Part shown: piece by piece, positions 1-10,051 of the stretch | Layout: each line of letters opens with the position of its first letter | How positions within the stretch are numbered: the first letter of the stretch is position 1 | Assembly (NCBI GenBank): GCA_903889985.1 | Contig: CAISZN010000319.1 | Span: 1-55,279, forward strand | Length of the DNA stretch: 55,279 nt | Source of the DNA: an uncultured Hyphomicrobiales bacterium | Lineage (GTDB): Bacteria; Pseudomonadota; Alphaproteobacteria; Rhizobiales; Beijerinckiaceae | Direction of reading: 5' to 3' | Translations under genes and position numbers: made by a program | Notes under the pieces: model-generated | What the model saw: the letters and a program-made list of their open reading frames with translations, nothing else | What the model was told of the DNA's origin: nothing | Database searches by the model: none

Positions 1-722
1 AAATCTTTGTCCGCAGGAGCGCCCACAGCCGCTGCTTCGAAATCCGGCAACCGCACCGGTGCCGTTGCGAGGCCACCAATGACCGTTGCAAACCGACTCA
101 TCAGACCCGACTCATCCAACGTCAGCAGCACACCGCAGGAGGCAATGGCGAAGTCTCCATGACGTCGTGCATATTCCTCAAAACCATGGCCGTGGCCCGA
201 TGGCCAGGCATCGAACGAAATCTGCGTCAGCAGTTCGTCGGGCTCGAGGGCCGTTGCCATGAATCCAAGGGCAAAATCGCTCACCGGAATCTGTCGCGCA
301 CCGCGAACGGATACCGCTGTCAGCTCCGCATCGTGCAATATCATCATGGCAGGCGTTTCGGCAGCAGGATCGAGGTGGCAGAGTGACCCACCGATGGTGC
401 CACGATTGCGGGTTTGGCGATGCCCAACATTCTTGAGGGCTGCGACAAGGATTGGGCAGGCCTGCATGATCTCGCGCGAGAACTCCACGCTGCGCTGGCG
501 CGTCATGGCACCGATGGTGATGCGCGGTCCTGCGGATATGCTCGCCAAACCCTCAATGCCGTTGAGGTCAATCAGGTGATCAGGCATCGCATAGCGGAAA
601 TTCATCATGGGCACGAGCGATTGGCCGCCCGCCAATGGCCGGGCATTTTCGTGAGCAGCCAGCAGGGCGACGGCCTCATCGACCGTCGACGGATCATGAT
701 AGGTGAACGGCGCTGGCTTCAA
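1..722 (-). CDS. Xanthine dehydrogenase/CO dehydrogenase family FAD-binding subunit (CoxM/CutM-like), C-terminus runs off the window
   Basis: Not in the ORF track (truncated). Manual translation from TTG at 722 after a GGGAGG SD gives MKPAPFTYHDP...AGGQSLVPMMNFR...RNRGTIGGSLCHLDPAAE...RRHGDFA, all CoxM-family motifs. Confidence 0.9.
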   Translation of the reverse strand, partial: MKPAPFTYHDPSTVDEAVALLAAHENARPLAGGQSLVPMMNFRYAMPDHLIDLNGIEGLASISAGPRITIGAMTRQRSVEFSREIMQACPILVAALKNVGHRQTRNRGTIGGSLCHLDPAAETPAMMILHDAELTAVSVRGARQIPVSDFALGFMATALEPDELLTQISFDAWPSGHGHGFEEYARRHGDFAIASCGVLLTLDESGLMSRFATVIGGLATAPVRLPDFEAAAVGAPADKD

Positions 723-847
723 TCAGTCCTCCCCTGCGCGCCTTAAGGTATGCGCTTTTTTATCGCCCATTCGGTGCGACGTCACAAAAACACAGCTTCA
801 TATCGCGGTGCAAGCACTCATGCTCGCGCTCAACCACTGTTTCATTC

Positions 848-1972
848 TCAGGCGTCTTGAAGGGCGCGCACAGGTAAGCGCAGCCCAAGTCGTTCCAGCC
901 TTGGAAATACACCATCGCGAAGATGAGGCATCTCCTGGATATAGTTGACCATGCCAAGCGCCATGCCATCGAGGCCGGCGTCGCTCAACACGCGGATCGT
1001 CTCGGCGACATCGTCATAGCTCCCTATGACAGGGCATGTGCCAAGCCCACTGACGAGTCTCGCCTTCAGCTCCTCAATCTGGTCGTAGCGGGATTCGCGT
1101 CCCTTCAGCCTGATTGATGCCGCATGTTCTGCAGCAGCCCAGTCACCTTTTTCAACGACGACGTAGTGGTGATATTCCTCCGCCTCCTTGCGGGTGGGTC
1201 GGGCAATCGTGTGGCCACTGGCGAAGACCTGCACCTGCTTGCCAGCGCCAGCTGCAATGGCGCGCACACCTGCAATATTGTCGGCAACCTGATCCTTGCG
1301 GTGCACCGACGTGAAAAGGCAGTCCACGTGTCGCGCTGCAAAACCCTGACCTTCAGCTGAAGAGCCTGCGCTGATCAACAAGGGGGAGGCATTGGCCCAG
1401 GGCTTCGGCTTGCCGAGCACGTCTTTCAGGTGATGCCATTGCCCATTGTGATCGAATGGCTCGGACTCACTCCAAATGCGCTTGACGATATTCACCCATT
1501 CCTCGGTGTAGTCGTAGCGGGTTTCATGCGGGATGAGATCGACACCGAACATGTCGAACTCCCCATGGTTCCAACCGGAGACGATATTGAGGGCAAAACG
1601 GCCCTTGCCGATATGATCGGTCGTGACGATCTGCTTGGCGGCGAATACGGGATTGAGGAAGCGCACATGCAGAGTCCCGCAGACAGATGTGTGCTGCGTC
1701 ACCGCAAGCAGGCCACAGGCCCAGGTCAGCGTCTCGAAGGTCTCGCCCTGCGTGTCGGTCACGCCCTTGTAGCCGTGCCAGCGCCCAATCGGCAGAAGAA
1801 AATCAACTCCAGCCTCGTCCGCCAGCCTGGCCGCGGCCACGTTGTTGTCCCAACTCGCCACCCATCTCTCGGGGGCCGTCGTCATGCACAGACCATTGGA
1901 GCAATTCATCGCAAACAGGCCGACCTTGAATTTGTTTTGTGAGTTCAGGCCTGTACGAGGACGTCCCATCAT
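848..1972 (-). CDS. Luciferase-like (LLM) flavin-dependent monooxygenase, RutA/SfnG-like
   Basis: ADEAGVDFLLPIGRWHGY, FETLTWA, AKQIVTTDHIGKGRFALNIVSGW and D-H-x-G-x-W motifs. Confidence 0.9.
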   Translation of the reverse strand: MMGRPRTGLNSQNKFKVGLFAMNCSNGLCMTTAPERWVASWDNNVAAARLADEAGVDFLLPIGRWHGYKGVTDTQGETFETLTWACGLLAVTQHTSVCGTLHVRFLNPVFAAKQIVTTDHIGKGRFALNIVSGWNHGEFDMFGVDLIPHETRYDYTEEWVNIVKRIWSESEPFDHNGQWHHLKDVLGKPKPWANASPLLISAGSSAEGQGFAARHVDCLFTSVHRKDQVADNIAGVRAIAAGAGKQVQVFASGHTIARPTRKEAEEYHHYVVVEKGDWAAAEHAASIRLKGRESRYDQIEELKARLVSGLGTCPVIGSYDDVAETIRVLSDAGLDGMALGMVNYIQEMPHLRDGVFPRLERLGLRLPVRALQDA

Positions 1973-2042
1973 GCTTTCTCCCTGATCGGGGCTCCAGTCC
2001 CGAGAACGTGCACGAATGGCAGGTTTGCGGGCCCCTTGTTCC

Positions 2043-2057
2043 TTGATATTGTTTCAA
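2043..2057. promoter_or_regulatory. Inverted repeat TTGA-N7-TCAA in the divergent promoter, candidate operator
   Basis: ttgatattgtttcaa lies between the divergent LLM and Bug genes. The N7 spacing differs from an FNR box (N6). Confidence 0.3.
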
Positions 2058-2079
2058 AAATCCGTGGAGGACACAAGGC

Positions 2080-3123
2080 TTGGCACAATCCATCTTTCTG
2101 AAGAGCATGATCATCGGCGCAGCCACCGCAATTGCCCTTCCTGCCGCTGCTGCCGACAGCGTGGAAGCCTTCTACAAAGGCAAGACAATCGAATTCATTG
2201 TAGGTGCGGCTGCCGGTGGCGGCTTCGACCTCACGACAAGGCCGTTGCTGCCCTATCTGTCGAAATACATGCCGGGCAACCCGACCTTTGTGGTTCGCAA
2301 CATGCCGGGGGCGGCTGGCATCATCATGACCAATTACCTTGCCGGAGGTGCTGTGAAGGACGGCACCGTCATCGGCATGGCCACGAGCAACGTGCCATTC
2401 GAGCCCCGTCTGAAGACGGCAGGCAGCAATACGGCACGCTATGACCCCCTGAAGCTTGGATGGATTGGCACGCCCGTACGCGAGCCGCAGGTGAGCTGGG
2501 TCTGGGGTGGCGCAGGTGTGAACAGCTGGGAGGACCTGAGGACGAAGAAGATCCGCTTCGGCGCGACCAGCGTTGGCGGAGACAACTCGATCTTTCCGGC
2601 GCTCGCCAACAAGCTGCTCGGTCTCAAGTCTGAAATCGTCATGGGCTATCAGGGCGTCAGCGAGATTTTCCTCGCCATCGAACGTGGCGAACTTGAAGCG
2701 AACAACACAGCCTATTCGAACCTGGAGATCTCAAAGTCGGACTGGTTGAAAGACGGCAAGGCGAAGGTCGTCATGCAGTTTGGGCTTGAGCGCATGCCCG
2801 TGCTCAAGGATGTGCCGAGTATCATGGAACTTGTGAAAAATCCCGATGACCTTGAAATTCTTCGGTTCTATCTGCTGAAGTTCGAGATGCACCGGCCGAT
2901 CTTCACGGGGCCGGGTGTGCCAGAGGAGCGGCTCGAAGCCCTGCGCACAGCCTTTGACAAGGCCATGGCAGATCCCAACTTCATCGCCGATGCAAAGCGC
3001 GGTGGAATCGACATTTCCCCGCTCGGAGGCAAAGCCATTGCCAAGCTAGTCGACGAAGTGATCACAACGCCGGAATCTGTGGTCGAGCGACTGGGCCAGA
3101 CCATCAATGCCGGGATGAAATAG
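2080..3123 (+). CDS. Bug/TctC-family tripartite tricarboxylate transporter substrate-binding protein
   Basis: Signal peptide; FYKGKTIEFIVG..GGGFD, PGNPTFVVRNMPGAAG, DGTVIG, GYQG, AIERGE; TTG start after GGAGG. Confidence 0.9.
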   Translation: MAQSIFLKSMIIGAATAIALPAAAADSVEAFYKGKTIEFIVGAAAGGGFDLTTRPLLPYLSKYMPGNPTFVVRNMPGAAGIIMTNYLAGGAVKDGTVIGMATSNVPFEPRLKTAGSNTARYDPLKLGWIGTPVREPQVSWVWGGAGVNSWEDLRTKKIRFGATSVGGDNSIFPALANKLLGLKSEIVMGYQGVSEIFLAIERGELEANNTAYSNLEISKSDWLKDGKAKVVMQFGLERMPVLKDVPSIMELVKNPDDLEILRFYLLKFEMHRPIFTGPGVPEERLEALRTAFDKAMADPNFIADAKRGGIDISPLGGKAIAKLVDEVITTPESVVERLGQTINAGMK

Positions 3124-3212
3124 GCTATTCTCATGCCGGAAGGGTGTCGGGCCCAAGGGCCCGTCGCCAGATCAACAAGCAAGAAGCAAGAACGTTTCAA
3201 AGGGAGGAAGCC

Positions 3213-4235
3213 ATGCTGCAACGTGCATGCAGGATACCGCTATGTCTCGCCTTGCTACTCACTGCAGGCGCCTCCGCGCGGGCCGACGAGATCACCGATT
3301 TCTATGCGGGCAAGTTAATCTCACTCGTCATCGCCTCAGGCGAAGGGGGCTATGACTCTTATGGCCGCCTTGTCGCGCGCCATATTGGCCGACATATTCC
3401 CGGCAATCCGCGAGTGGTTCCGCAAACCATGCCTGGCGCGGGTGGCCTGCAGGGAGCCAACCATATCTACAACATTGCCGCCCGCGATGGCACAGTGATC
3501 GGCCTTGTGCGGCGCAGCGCGCTGGTCGCGCATATCACGACCCCCAGCGGCGTGCGCTTCGACATTTCCAAGATGAACTGGCTTGGGAACCTGATCCCGG
3601 AATATCCGGTCGCGCTCGCCTGGCACGATGCAAAGGGCGCGACCCTCGAGGGTCTGAGGCAGAACGAGCTTGTCGTTGGAGGAACCGGCCCTTCCAGTGT
3701 CCATGAAACCACGCCGAGACTCTTCAACGCACTGCTCGGCACGCGCTACCGCATCGTCAGCGGCTACAAGGGTTCGGCTGACCTCGACCTTGCGATGGAA
3801 CGAGGAGAAACACAGGGCGTTGCCTATGAATCCTGGTCCGGTGTGAAGCTGCGCAAGGGGGACTGGCTCGAAAAGAAGCTGGTCCATGTGACACTCAGCT
3901 TTGGCATCGACCGCAATCCGGACCTGCCAAATACGCCCTTCGCGCTCGATTACGCCAGGAACGAAGACGACAAGCGCCTGATGCAGCTGTTCTTCTCTCA
4001 GGATGCCATGTCGCGCCCCATGGTGGCACCCCCCGGCATACCCAAGGACCGACTTGAAGCCCTGCAAAAAGCCTTCATGGCCCTGGGCTCCGATTCGGAA
4101 TTTCTGGCTGATGCGCAGAAATCCAATATCCAGATCGAGCTTGCCGATCACCGTGCCGTGCGCAAAGTGATCGACCTGATCGCCGAAACGCCGGAACCAT
4201 TGGCGAAGCGGCTCACGGAGCTGACCTCTCCATGA
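3213..4235 (+). CDS. Bug/TctC-family substrate-binding protein
   Basis: ATG at 3213 after GGGAGG; FYAGK, GGYDSYGRLVARH, IPGNP, MPGAGG, AMERGE. Confidence 0.9.
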   Translation: MLQRACRIPLCLALLLTAGASARADEITDFYAGKLISLVIASGEGGYDSYGRLVARHIGRHIPGNPRVVPQTMPGAGGLQGANHIYNIAARDGTVIGLVRRSALVAHITTPSGVRFDISKMNWLGNLIPEYPVALAWHDAKGATLEGLRQNELVVGGTGPSSVHETTPRLFNALLGTRYRIVSGYKGSADLDLAMERGETQGVAYESWSGVKLRKGDWLEKKLVHVTLSFGIDRNPDLPNTPFALDYARNEDDKRLMQLFFSQDAMSRPMVAPPGIPKDRLEALQKAFMALGSDSEFLADAQKSNIQIELADHRAVRKVIDLIAETPEPLAKRLTELTSP

Positions 4236-4253
4236 GCCTCGCTAACTCAGAAG

Positions 4254-5264
4254 TCACATGCGCGATGTGACGCCCAGCTTTTCAATGGCCGCCAACCAGT
4301 CCGCGCGGATCTCGGCCGGTTCATCGATGAAAGCGATTTCCGCATTGCCCGAGGCGTAGACGCTCGTGTCACCATAGGCGCGCTTGCGCGGGCGCAGGAT
4401 GGGGAACGTACTGGTGCCAAGATCCACCCGCAGGAAGCGTGCAGCATCTGCTCCCAAGTTGAAGTGCTGGTGGAAAGACAGGCCAACCGGCCCGAAGACA
4501 ATGCCTAGTCCCCATTCCACCCGGCTGCGCTCTTCCTTGGGATCCTGGAACGAGATCGTCGCACCCTGCCCGCTCACGCCGAACATCAGTGAGCCAAACA
4601 TCTGGCGCCGCGCCCGGCCATAAGTGCCCGCCTGCAGCTCAACAACATCAGTGCCGATCGAACCATTGGTCAGATCGAAAGTCGCCGACAGCTCGTTGAC
4701 ACGCTCGCTGGGGGCAACCGCAACCCTTGCCAGATCAGCTATGACCTCACCCTTGCCACGCTCCGGAAACTCGACCGGTGTCTCGAACATGAATCGCTCG
4801 TTGCGGTAGAGGTTCAACAGATAGCGCAGGTCATTCACACAGGCGATCCGCGCGGGACCTGCCGAGGTGGTGCGATGGCGATAGCTGCTGTTCATAGGTG
4901 CCGCAAAGAGGCTGCCCGGCCCCCAAGTCAGCGTCTGGACCTTACCACCACCCAGATCGATCTCGGTCTCGCCGCTTCCAGAAATGACGAAGCAGACTTC
5001 CTCATAAAGATGATGCTGGGGCTTTGACCATTGCCCCGGCGCAATTTCGAGAAGGAAGATCGTGAGAAAGTCGCAGCGGCCATCGAGATGGCAGCAAGCT
5101 CCGTTCACGCCAAAGCGCGCCCATGGCTTGGTCTCGACCTTGCGCAGGTCGAGCCATAGCCCGGTGTGGATCGGCACGCCTTCGGCGGCAGCCCAGTTCT
5201 CATAGGGGTCGACAAGATACTTGCCGGTCGGCGTTTCAAAGACCTGTTCGACGACGGCGCTCAT
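4254..5264 (-). CDS. Bicupin protein (gentisate 1,2-dioxygenase-like fold) with a degenerate C-terminal metal motif
   Basis: N-terminal cupin QHHLYEEVCFVISGSG...W.PGSLF..PMN..YRH. Paralog of the upstream gene, with an ATGA overlap. Confidence 0.8.
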   Translation of the reverse strand: MSAVVEQVFETPTGKYLVDPYENWAAAEGVPIHTGLWLDLRKVETKPWARFGVNGACCHLDGRCDFLTIFLLEIAPGQWSKPQHHLYEEVCFVISGSGETEIDLGGGKVQTLTWGPGSLFAAPMNSSYRHRTTSAGPARIACVNDLRYLLNLYRNERFMFETPVEFPERGKGEVIADLARVAVAPSERVNELSATFDLTNGSIGTDVVELQAGTYGRARRQMFGSLMFGVSGQGATISFQDPKEERSRVEWGLGIVFGPVGLSFHQHFNLGADAARFLRVDLGTSTFPILRPRKRAYGDTSVYASGNAEIAFIDEPAEIRADWLAAIEKLGVTSRM

Positions 5265-6379
5265 TTGGACGACCCCGCAAACTTCGATTCATCGATGAAC
5301 TTGCCCATGCCGGAGCTGACCCCGCTTCTGGCAATCTCCTCAAGCCACATGGCATGAACGCGTGGATCCTGATCTTCATATTCGATCTGTGCGCCACCTT
5401 GCTTGACGCTGCGGTCCACGCCCACGTCCCAGATCTCCCGTTTCATCTTGAGAAGCGGGTAACGGACAGAGCCGATCTGCAGCGCAAGATAACGCGAGGG
5501 ATGGTCGGCAATGTTGAAGTGCTGGTGGAACATGGAATCGGGCGGGCAATAGACGCAGCCATGTTCCCAGTCGACGCGCACGAAATCCTGGTCGTCCTCG
5601 TGCCAAAGCAGCGAATAGCCCTTGCCGGTGACCGCAAAGACGCAGACGCCGTCGAAATGGCGATGGCCCTTCTTGTAAGTGCCAACGGGCATCTCGGAAG
5701 TATGGGCACCGATGGTGGCATCGCTCAGCATGAAGCGCAGCATGGAGCCGCCAGCACCGCGCGCATTCCAGGCCTTGAGTTCGAAATCGGCGAGGTTGGG
5801 AACGAAGTTCGTCTCCCACTGGTGACGGCCCGGCCGCACGCCAATGAACTCTCCATCACCTGCAAAATACTTCTCGGCACCGGCGCGTTCGGGGAACGTT
5901 GTCGGGCAGTCGAACACCAGTTTTTCGCTGCGAAAGCGATTCATGGTGAAGACCATGTTGTTGGCCGAGGCAAAACGCGCCGGTTCGCGACCCGAGCCAT
6001 TGAAGTGCTGGTGCACGGCGTTCAGAGGGATCGAGAAAAGGCTCTTGGGGCCCCATTCGAAGGAATGTTTGCGGCCATCGTCCAGGATCACCGTGGTCGA
6101 GCCGTGGCCGGAGATGACATAGATCACCTCCTCATAAATATGGCGGATCGGCTCCGACTTGCCGCCGGGCGGCAGCTCAAAAGCGAAGATCGAGATGAAG
6201 TCGTCCCGGCCCTTCAGGTGACAAAGGGCTCCATCCATCCCGAAACGATCCCAGCGGGACACCGGAACCTTGCGGATGTCGATCCCGAAATCGTTGACGA
6301 TCGGGACGTTCTGGGCGAGCGCCCATTCCATATATGTGTCACGCAGCGGCGCGACCGTCTTGTTGTCACCTGCTTGCAT
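5261..6379 (-). CDS. Bicupin protein (gentisate 1,2-dioxygenase-like fold)
   Basis: RHIYEEVIYVISGHG...PLNAVHQHFN and YKKGHRH...PPDSMFHQHFN cupin motifs; start moved to the ATG at 6379 after GGAG. Confidence 0.85.
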   Translation of the reverse strand: MQAGDNKTVAPLRDTYMEWALAQNVPIVNDFGIDIRKVPVSRWDRFGMDGALCHLKGRDDFISIFAFELPPGGKSEPIRHIYEEVIYVISGHGSTTVILDDGRKHSFEWGPKSLFSIPLNAVHQHFNGSGREPARFASANNMVFTMNRFRSEKLVFDCPTTFPERAGAEKYFAGDGEFIGVRPGRHQWETNFVPNLADFELKAWNARGAGGSMLRFMLSDATIGAHTSEMPVGTYKKGHRHFDGVCVFAVTGKGYSLLWHEDDQDFVRVDWEHGCVYCPPDSMFHQHFNIADHPSRYLALQIGSVRYPLLKMKREIWDVGVDRSVKQGGAQIEYEDQDPRVHAMWLEEIARSGVSSGMGKFIDESKFAGSSK

Positions 6380-6518
6380 TCGCAGACGTCTCCAACCCTG
6401 TACCTGCCCGAAGGCCTGCCGTTCTTTTAGCCCATGCCCCCGCCTAAGCAAGCATGCGGAGCTCTGGCTTCCCCCTGCCCCAGTGGTCTAGGATCAGGCC
6501 CTGGCAGGGAGACAGCGC

Positions 6519-7484
6519 ATGCAACGATTGGCTATCATCGGACTCGGAGCCTGGGGGCGCCGTCTGGTCGAGGCCGTGCAGGGCATCTCCTCCACCGTCA
6601 AATTCACGGCAGCGGTTGTCAGACGCCCGGAGGTCGCCGAGTCGGCTGGCGAGAAATACGGCCTGGCGATCAGCACCGACCTGGCATCCGTCCTCAGCGA
6701 CCCAGCCATCGATGGGGTCGTGTCCTGCGGTCCTGCCCATCTGCACGCATCCCATTCACTTGCCGCCCTCGAAGCCGGCAAGCCTGTTCTTGCGGTGAAG
6801 CCCATGGCCTTGTCACGCGCCGATGCTGACAAGCTGCTGGAAGCCTCACGCCGGACAGGCACCCTTCTCGCGCTCGGGTACAACCGCTGCTACTTCCCCA
6901 ACGTGATGGAAATGCGCCGCAGACTGTCCCATGGCGCCCTCGGCACCCTTGTCCATGCGGAAGGCAATTTCTGCGTCGATCGCTATCGGGGAATCAAGGA
7001 AGGCAGCTGGAAGGCTGATCCCCTGCACGCCCCGGCTGGTGGCCTCGCGGATCATATGCTCTATCTCACAATTGAAACCCTCGGGCACCTGGCGGAGGCG
7101 CAGGCCATTGGCTTCACGCATCACAGCAACAATGCCCTTGCGGATGTCACCGCCGTGATGCTGCGCTCGCAGCGCCGCCAGACTGCCCTCCTCACGGCCA
7201 TCGGCGTAACGCCAGACTATTACCGCTTCCAGATCTTTGGGACCGAAGGCTGGATCGAGCTGCGCGATGACACGCAGCTCACCTACCAGCCACGCAATGG
7301 CACGGCCGAAGTCGTGACTTTTGAGCCAATCGATGCGGAACGGGCAGAACTCGAAGGCTTTGCTGACGCCATTGCCCGACGTCTGCCCTTCCCTGTGTCC
7401 GCGGAAGATGCCGCCCACGGGGTTGCTGCCCTTGAAGCCATAGCGACCGCGGCCCGGGAGAACCGGCCGGTGACCATCGCCTGA
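6519..7484 (+). CDS. Gfo/Idh/MocA family NAD(P)-dependent oxidoreductase
   Basis: AIIGLGAWG Rossmann motif, H..H...ALEAGKPV..VKP, GYNR. Confidence 0.9.
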   Translation: MQRLAIIGLGAWGRRLVEAVQGISSTVKFTAAVVRRPEVAESAGEKYGLAISTDLASVLSDPAIDGVVSCGPAHLHASHSLAALEAGKPVLAVKPMALSRADADKLLEASRRTGTLLALGYNRCYFPNVMEMRRRLSHGALGTLVHAEGNFCVDRYRGIKEGSWKADPLHAPAGGLADHMLYLTIETLGHLAEAQAIGFTHHSNNALADVTAVMLRSQRRQTALLTAIGVTPDYYRFQIFGTEGWIELRDDTQLTYQPRNGTAEVVTFEPIDAERAELEGFADAIARRLPFPVSAEDAAHGVAALEAIATAARENRPVTIA

Positions 7485-7522
7485 CCCTTTCAACAGCCAA
7501 CGACATCATCAAAGGAGTCCCC

Positions 7523-8521
7523 ATGCGCATTGTTGCTCTCGAAGAGCATTACGCCTTCCCTGAACTTACCCGCCGGATTGATGCTGCTGCCATTGTGCGT
7601 CGTGGTTTCCCGCCGCCGGATGCCCCCTCCGTTCGGCCGGAAATTGATGCCAAGCTGGTGGACTTTGGCGAGACCCGCCGCAAGGGCCTCGATGAGGCTG
7701 GCATCACGGTGCAGGTTCTCTCAACTTCAGGACCCGGGGCAGACCTGCTGCCGTCAAGCGAGGGCCCGGCGCTCGCTCGCGAAATCAACGATGGCCTGGC
7801 AGCGCGGATCGCAGAGCATCCCGGCCGATATGCCGGCTTTGCACATCTGCCGCTGACAGCTCCAGAAGCCTCGGCCGATGAACTGGAGCGCACTGTCCGC
7901 AAGCTTGGCTTCGTCGGCGCCATGGTGAATGGCACGACGGACGGGAAGTTCCTTGACGATCCCATGTTCGAGCCGCTTCTCGCTCGGGCCGAGGCACTGG
8001 ATGTCCCGATCTACATCCACCCCGGCATTCCGCCCGCGGCCGTGCGCGAGGCCTACTTCGGTGGCCTTCCGGGGCCCATCAGCACCGCATTTGCGAGAGC
8101 CGGCTGGGGCTGGCATGCGGAAGTCGTCGTGCATGTCATGCGACTGATCCTGTCTGGAGCGCTCGACCGTCACCCGAAGCTGCAGATCGTCATCGGCCAT
8201 CTGGGCGAGGGAATCCCCGCCATGCTCGGGCGCTTCGAAGAAATCTTCGCGATGGCAACACCGAAGTTCCTGCAGCGGCGCGTGCAGGAAACCCTGCTGC
8301 AGCAGGTCCACATCACCACCAGCGGCTTCTTCCACCACACCACATTCCTGCAATTGCTGCAGACATTCGGTGCGGACCGCATCATGTTCTCGGTGGATTA
8401 TCCCTATAGCTCGAATATGGCAGCTCGGAAATTCCTCGATGAAATCGAGGTCTCCCCCGCCGACCGGGCGAAGATTGCCCACGGCAATGCTGATCGCCTG
8501 CTCAAGCTGAAGACAGCGTAA
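7523..8521 (+). CDS. Amidohydrolase_2 family protein (ACMSD/aromatic acid decarboxylase-like)
   Basis: ALEEH, IYIHP, IGHLGE, IMFSVDYPY, GNA.RLL motifs. Confidence 0.9.
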   Translation: MRIVALEEHYAFPELTRRIDAAAIVRRGFPPPDAPSVRPEIDAKLVDFGETRRKGLDEAGITVQVLSTSGPGADLLPSSEGPALAREINDGLAARIAEHPGRYAGFAHLPLTAPEASADELERTVRKLGFVGAMVNGTTDGKFLDDPMFEPLLARAEALDVPIYIHPGIPPAAVREAYFGGLPGPISTAFARAGWGWHAEVVVHVMRLILSGALDRHPKLQIVIGHLGEGIPAMLGRFEEIFAMATPKFLQRRVQETLLQQVHITTSGFFHHTTFLQLLQTFGADRIMFSVDYPYSSNMAARKFLDEIEVSPADRAKIAHGNADRLLKLKTA

Positions 8522-8533
8522 CGTGCCGAACAA

Positions 8534-8559
8534 CCAGCATCGGCTCCGGCCGGTGCTGG
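8534..8559. terminator. GC-rich hairpin between convergent genes
   Basis: ccagcatcggc-tccg-gccggtgctgg between the amidohydrolase and phoB stop codons. Confidence 0.55.
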
Positions 8560-8572
8560 GCGTATCGAGGCC

Positions 8573-9322
8573 TCAATCGCGACCGAAGGTCTCGTCGAAA
8601 GAATAGCCCGCGCCACGGACGGTGCGGATGGGATCACGCTCGCGCGCGCGGACCATGGCCTTGCGCAGACGGCCGACATGGACGTCGACTGTGCGTTCAT
8701 CAATCTCGGCGGAAAGTCCCCAGACCGAGTCCAGGAGCTGCGCACGCGAGAACACCCGGCCGGGCTTTTCCATCAGGGTTTCAAGCAGTCGGAACTCGGT
8801 CGGGCCGAGATGAAGCTCACGCTCACCCCGCTTGACGCGACGGGTCTCGCGGTCGAGCACGATATCGCCGCACTTCAGCCGGTTGGCCAGTCGCTCGGGC
8901 CTTGACCGGCGCAGCAGCGAGCGCACGCGCGCCATCAGCTCCGGCAGCGAGAAAGGCTTGACGACATAGTCGTCAGCCCCGACAGAGAGGCCACGCACGC
9001 GTTCAGCCTCTTCGCCACGCGCCGTCAGCATGATGATGGGCAGATCGCGAGTCGACTCCCTGGCGCGAAGGCGCCGGCAGATCTCGAGTCCAGAAACACC
9101 CGGCAGCATCCAGTCAAGAATGATCAAATCGGGAAGGCTTTCGGCGAGGAGCACCTCCACCTCGTCTCCGCGGTCGACCCGCTGCACGAGATAGCCCTCT
9201 GCCTCAAGATTGTAGGACAGGAGCAGGGACAGGGAGGCCTCGTCTTCCACGACGAGGATCCGAGGAGCTGCGCCGGTGCGTGGTTGATCTGCTATATCGC
9301 TCATGGCTGCCGCGATGTTCAT
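8573..9322 (-). CDS. phoB: Phosphate regulon response regulator PhoB
   Basis: ILVVEDE, LDWMLP, MLTARGEE, GADDYVVKPF, LGPTEFRLL, RTVDVHVGRLRK, IRTVRGAGY; follows phoU. Confidence 0.97.
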   Translation of the reverse strand: MNIAAAMSDIADQPRTGAAPRILVVEDEASLSLLLSYNLEAEGYLVQRVDRGDEVEVLLAESLPDLIILDWMLPGVSGLEICRRLRARESTRDLPIIMLTARGEEAERVRGLSVGADDYVVKPFSLPELMARVRSLLRRSRPERLANRLKCGDIVLDRETRRVKRGERELHLGPTEFRLLETLMEKPGRVFSRAQLLDSVWGLSAEIDERTVDVHVGRLRKAMVRARERDPIRTVRGAGYSFDETFGRD

Positions 9323-10032
9323 CTGTTGCTCCGGGGTTCATCCGAAAGCTCGGTGCCCCCCTTCGGCCGATCGACCGGAAGGTTTCCACCGGTAACGAGG
9401 TAGTAGATTGTCTCGGCAATATTGGTCGCGTGGTCACCGACGCGCTCGATGTTCTTGGCGCAGAACAGAAGGTGCGTGCAGAAAGTGATATTGCGCGGGT
9501 CTTCCATCATGAATGTCAGGAGATCGCGGAAGACGCTGTCTTCAAGCGCGTCAAGCTCCGTGTCGGTGGCCCAAACAGCTTTGGCCTTCTCGATATCCTG
9601 CTGAACATAGGCGTCGAGCACATCCTTGAGATGGACCGCTGCAATCTCACCCATATGGCGAATGCCAACAGTGGCGCGTGGCATACGCTGCTCTGATGCA
9701 AGCTTGATCGTGCGGCGGGCAATATTCTTGGCCAGATCACCAACACGTTCGAGATCGCTCGAAATGCGCATCGCAGCGATCACTTCGCGCAGATCAACAG
9801 CCATGGGCTGGCGGCGAGCGATCAGGAGAACAGCCTCCTCCTCGATTTCGCGTAGCAATTGATCGAGGCGCGGATCGCTGTTGACGACAGTCGTCGCAAT
9901 CTTCCGGTCGAGAGCTACAAGCCCATCCACGGAGTCCGAAAGCATTTTTTCGGCGATGCCGCCCATCTCGGCAATCTTGCGCCGCAGCTGGGTGAGATCC
10001 AAATCGTAGGACTTGACGGTATGATCGGTCAT
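9319..10032 (-). CDS. phoU: Phosphate signalling complex protein PhoU
   Basis: MTDHTVKSYD start after GGAG; ARRQPMAVDLR, DLERVGDLAKNIA, KNIERVGDHATNIAE. Confidence 0.97.
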   Translation of the reverse strand: MTDHTVKSYDLDLTQLRRKIAEMGGIAEKMLSDSVDGLVALDRKIATTVVNSDPRLDQLLREIEEEAVLLIARRQPMAVDLREVIAAMRISSDLERVGDLAKNIARRTIKLASEQRMPRATVGIRHMGEIAAVHLKDVLDAYVQQDIEKAKAVWATDTELDALEDSVFRDLLTFMMEDPRNITFCTHLLFCAKNIERVGDHATNIAETIYYLVTGGNLPVDRPKGGTELSDEPRSNR

Positions 10033-10051
10033 TGATGGCTCCTGCGCCGCT

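Noticed and set aside
159-969. Short ORFs listed at the window start
   Set aside because: The real gene is the truncated minus-strand CoxM-like CDS (1-722)
5123-6430. 435-aa plus-strand ORF, and similar long ORFs at 12765-13886, 15532-16893, 25486-26418, 26479-27432, 34477-35751 and 50635-51492
   Set aside because: All are antisense to well-supported genes and lack recognisable motifs
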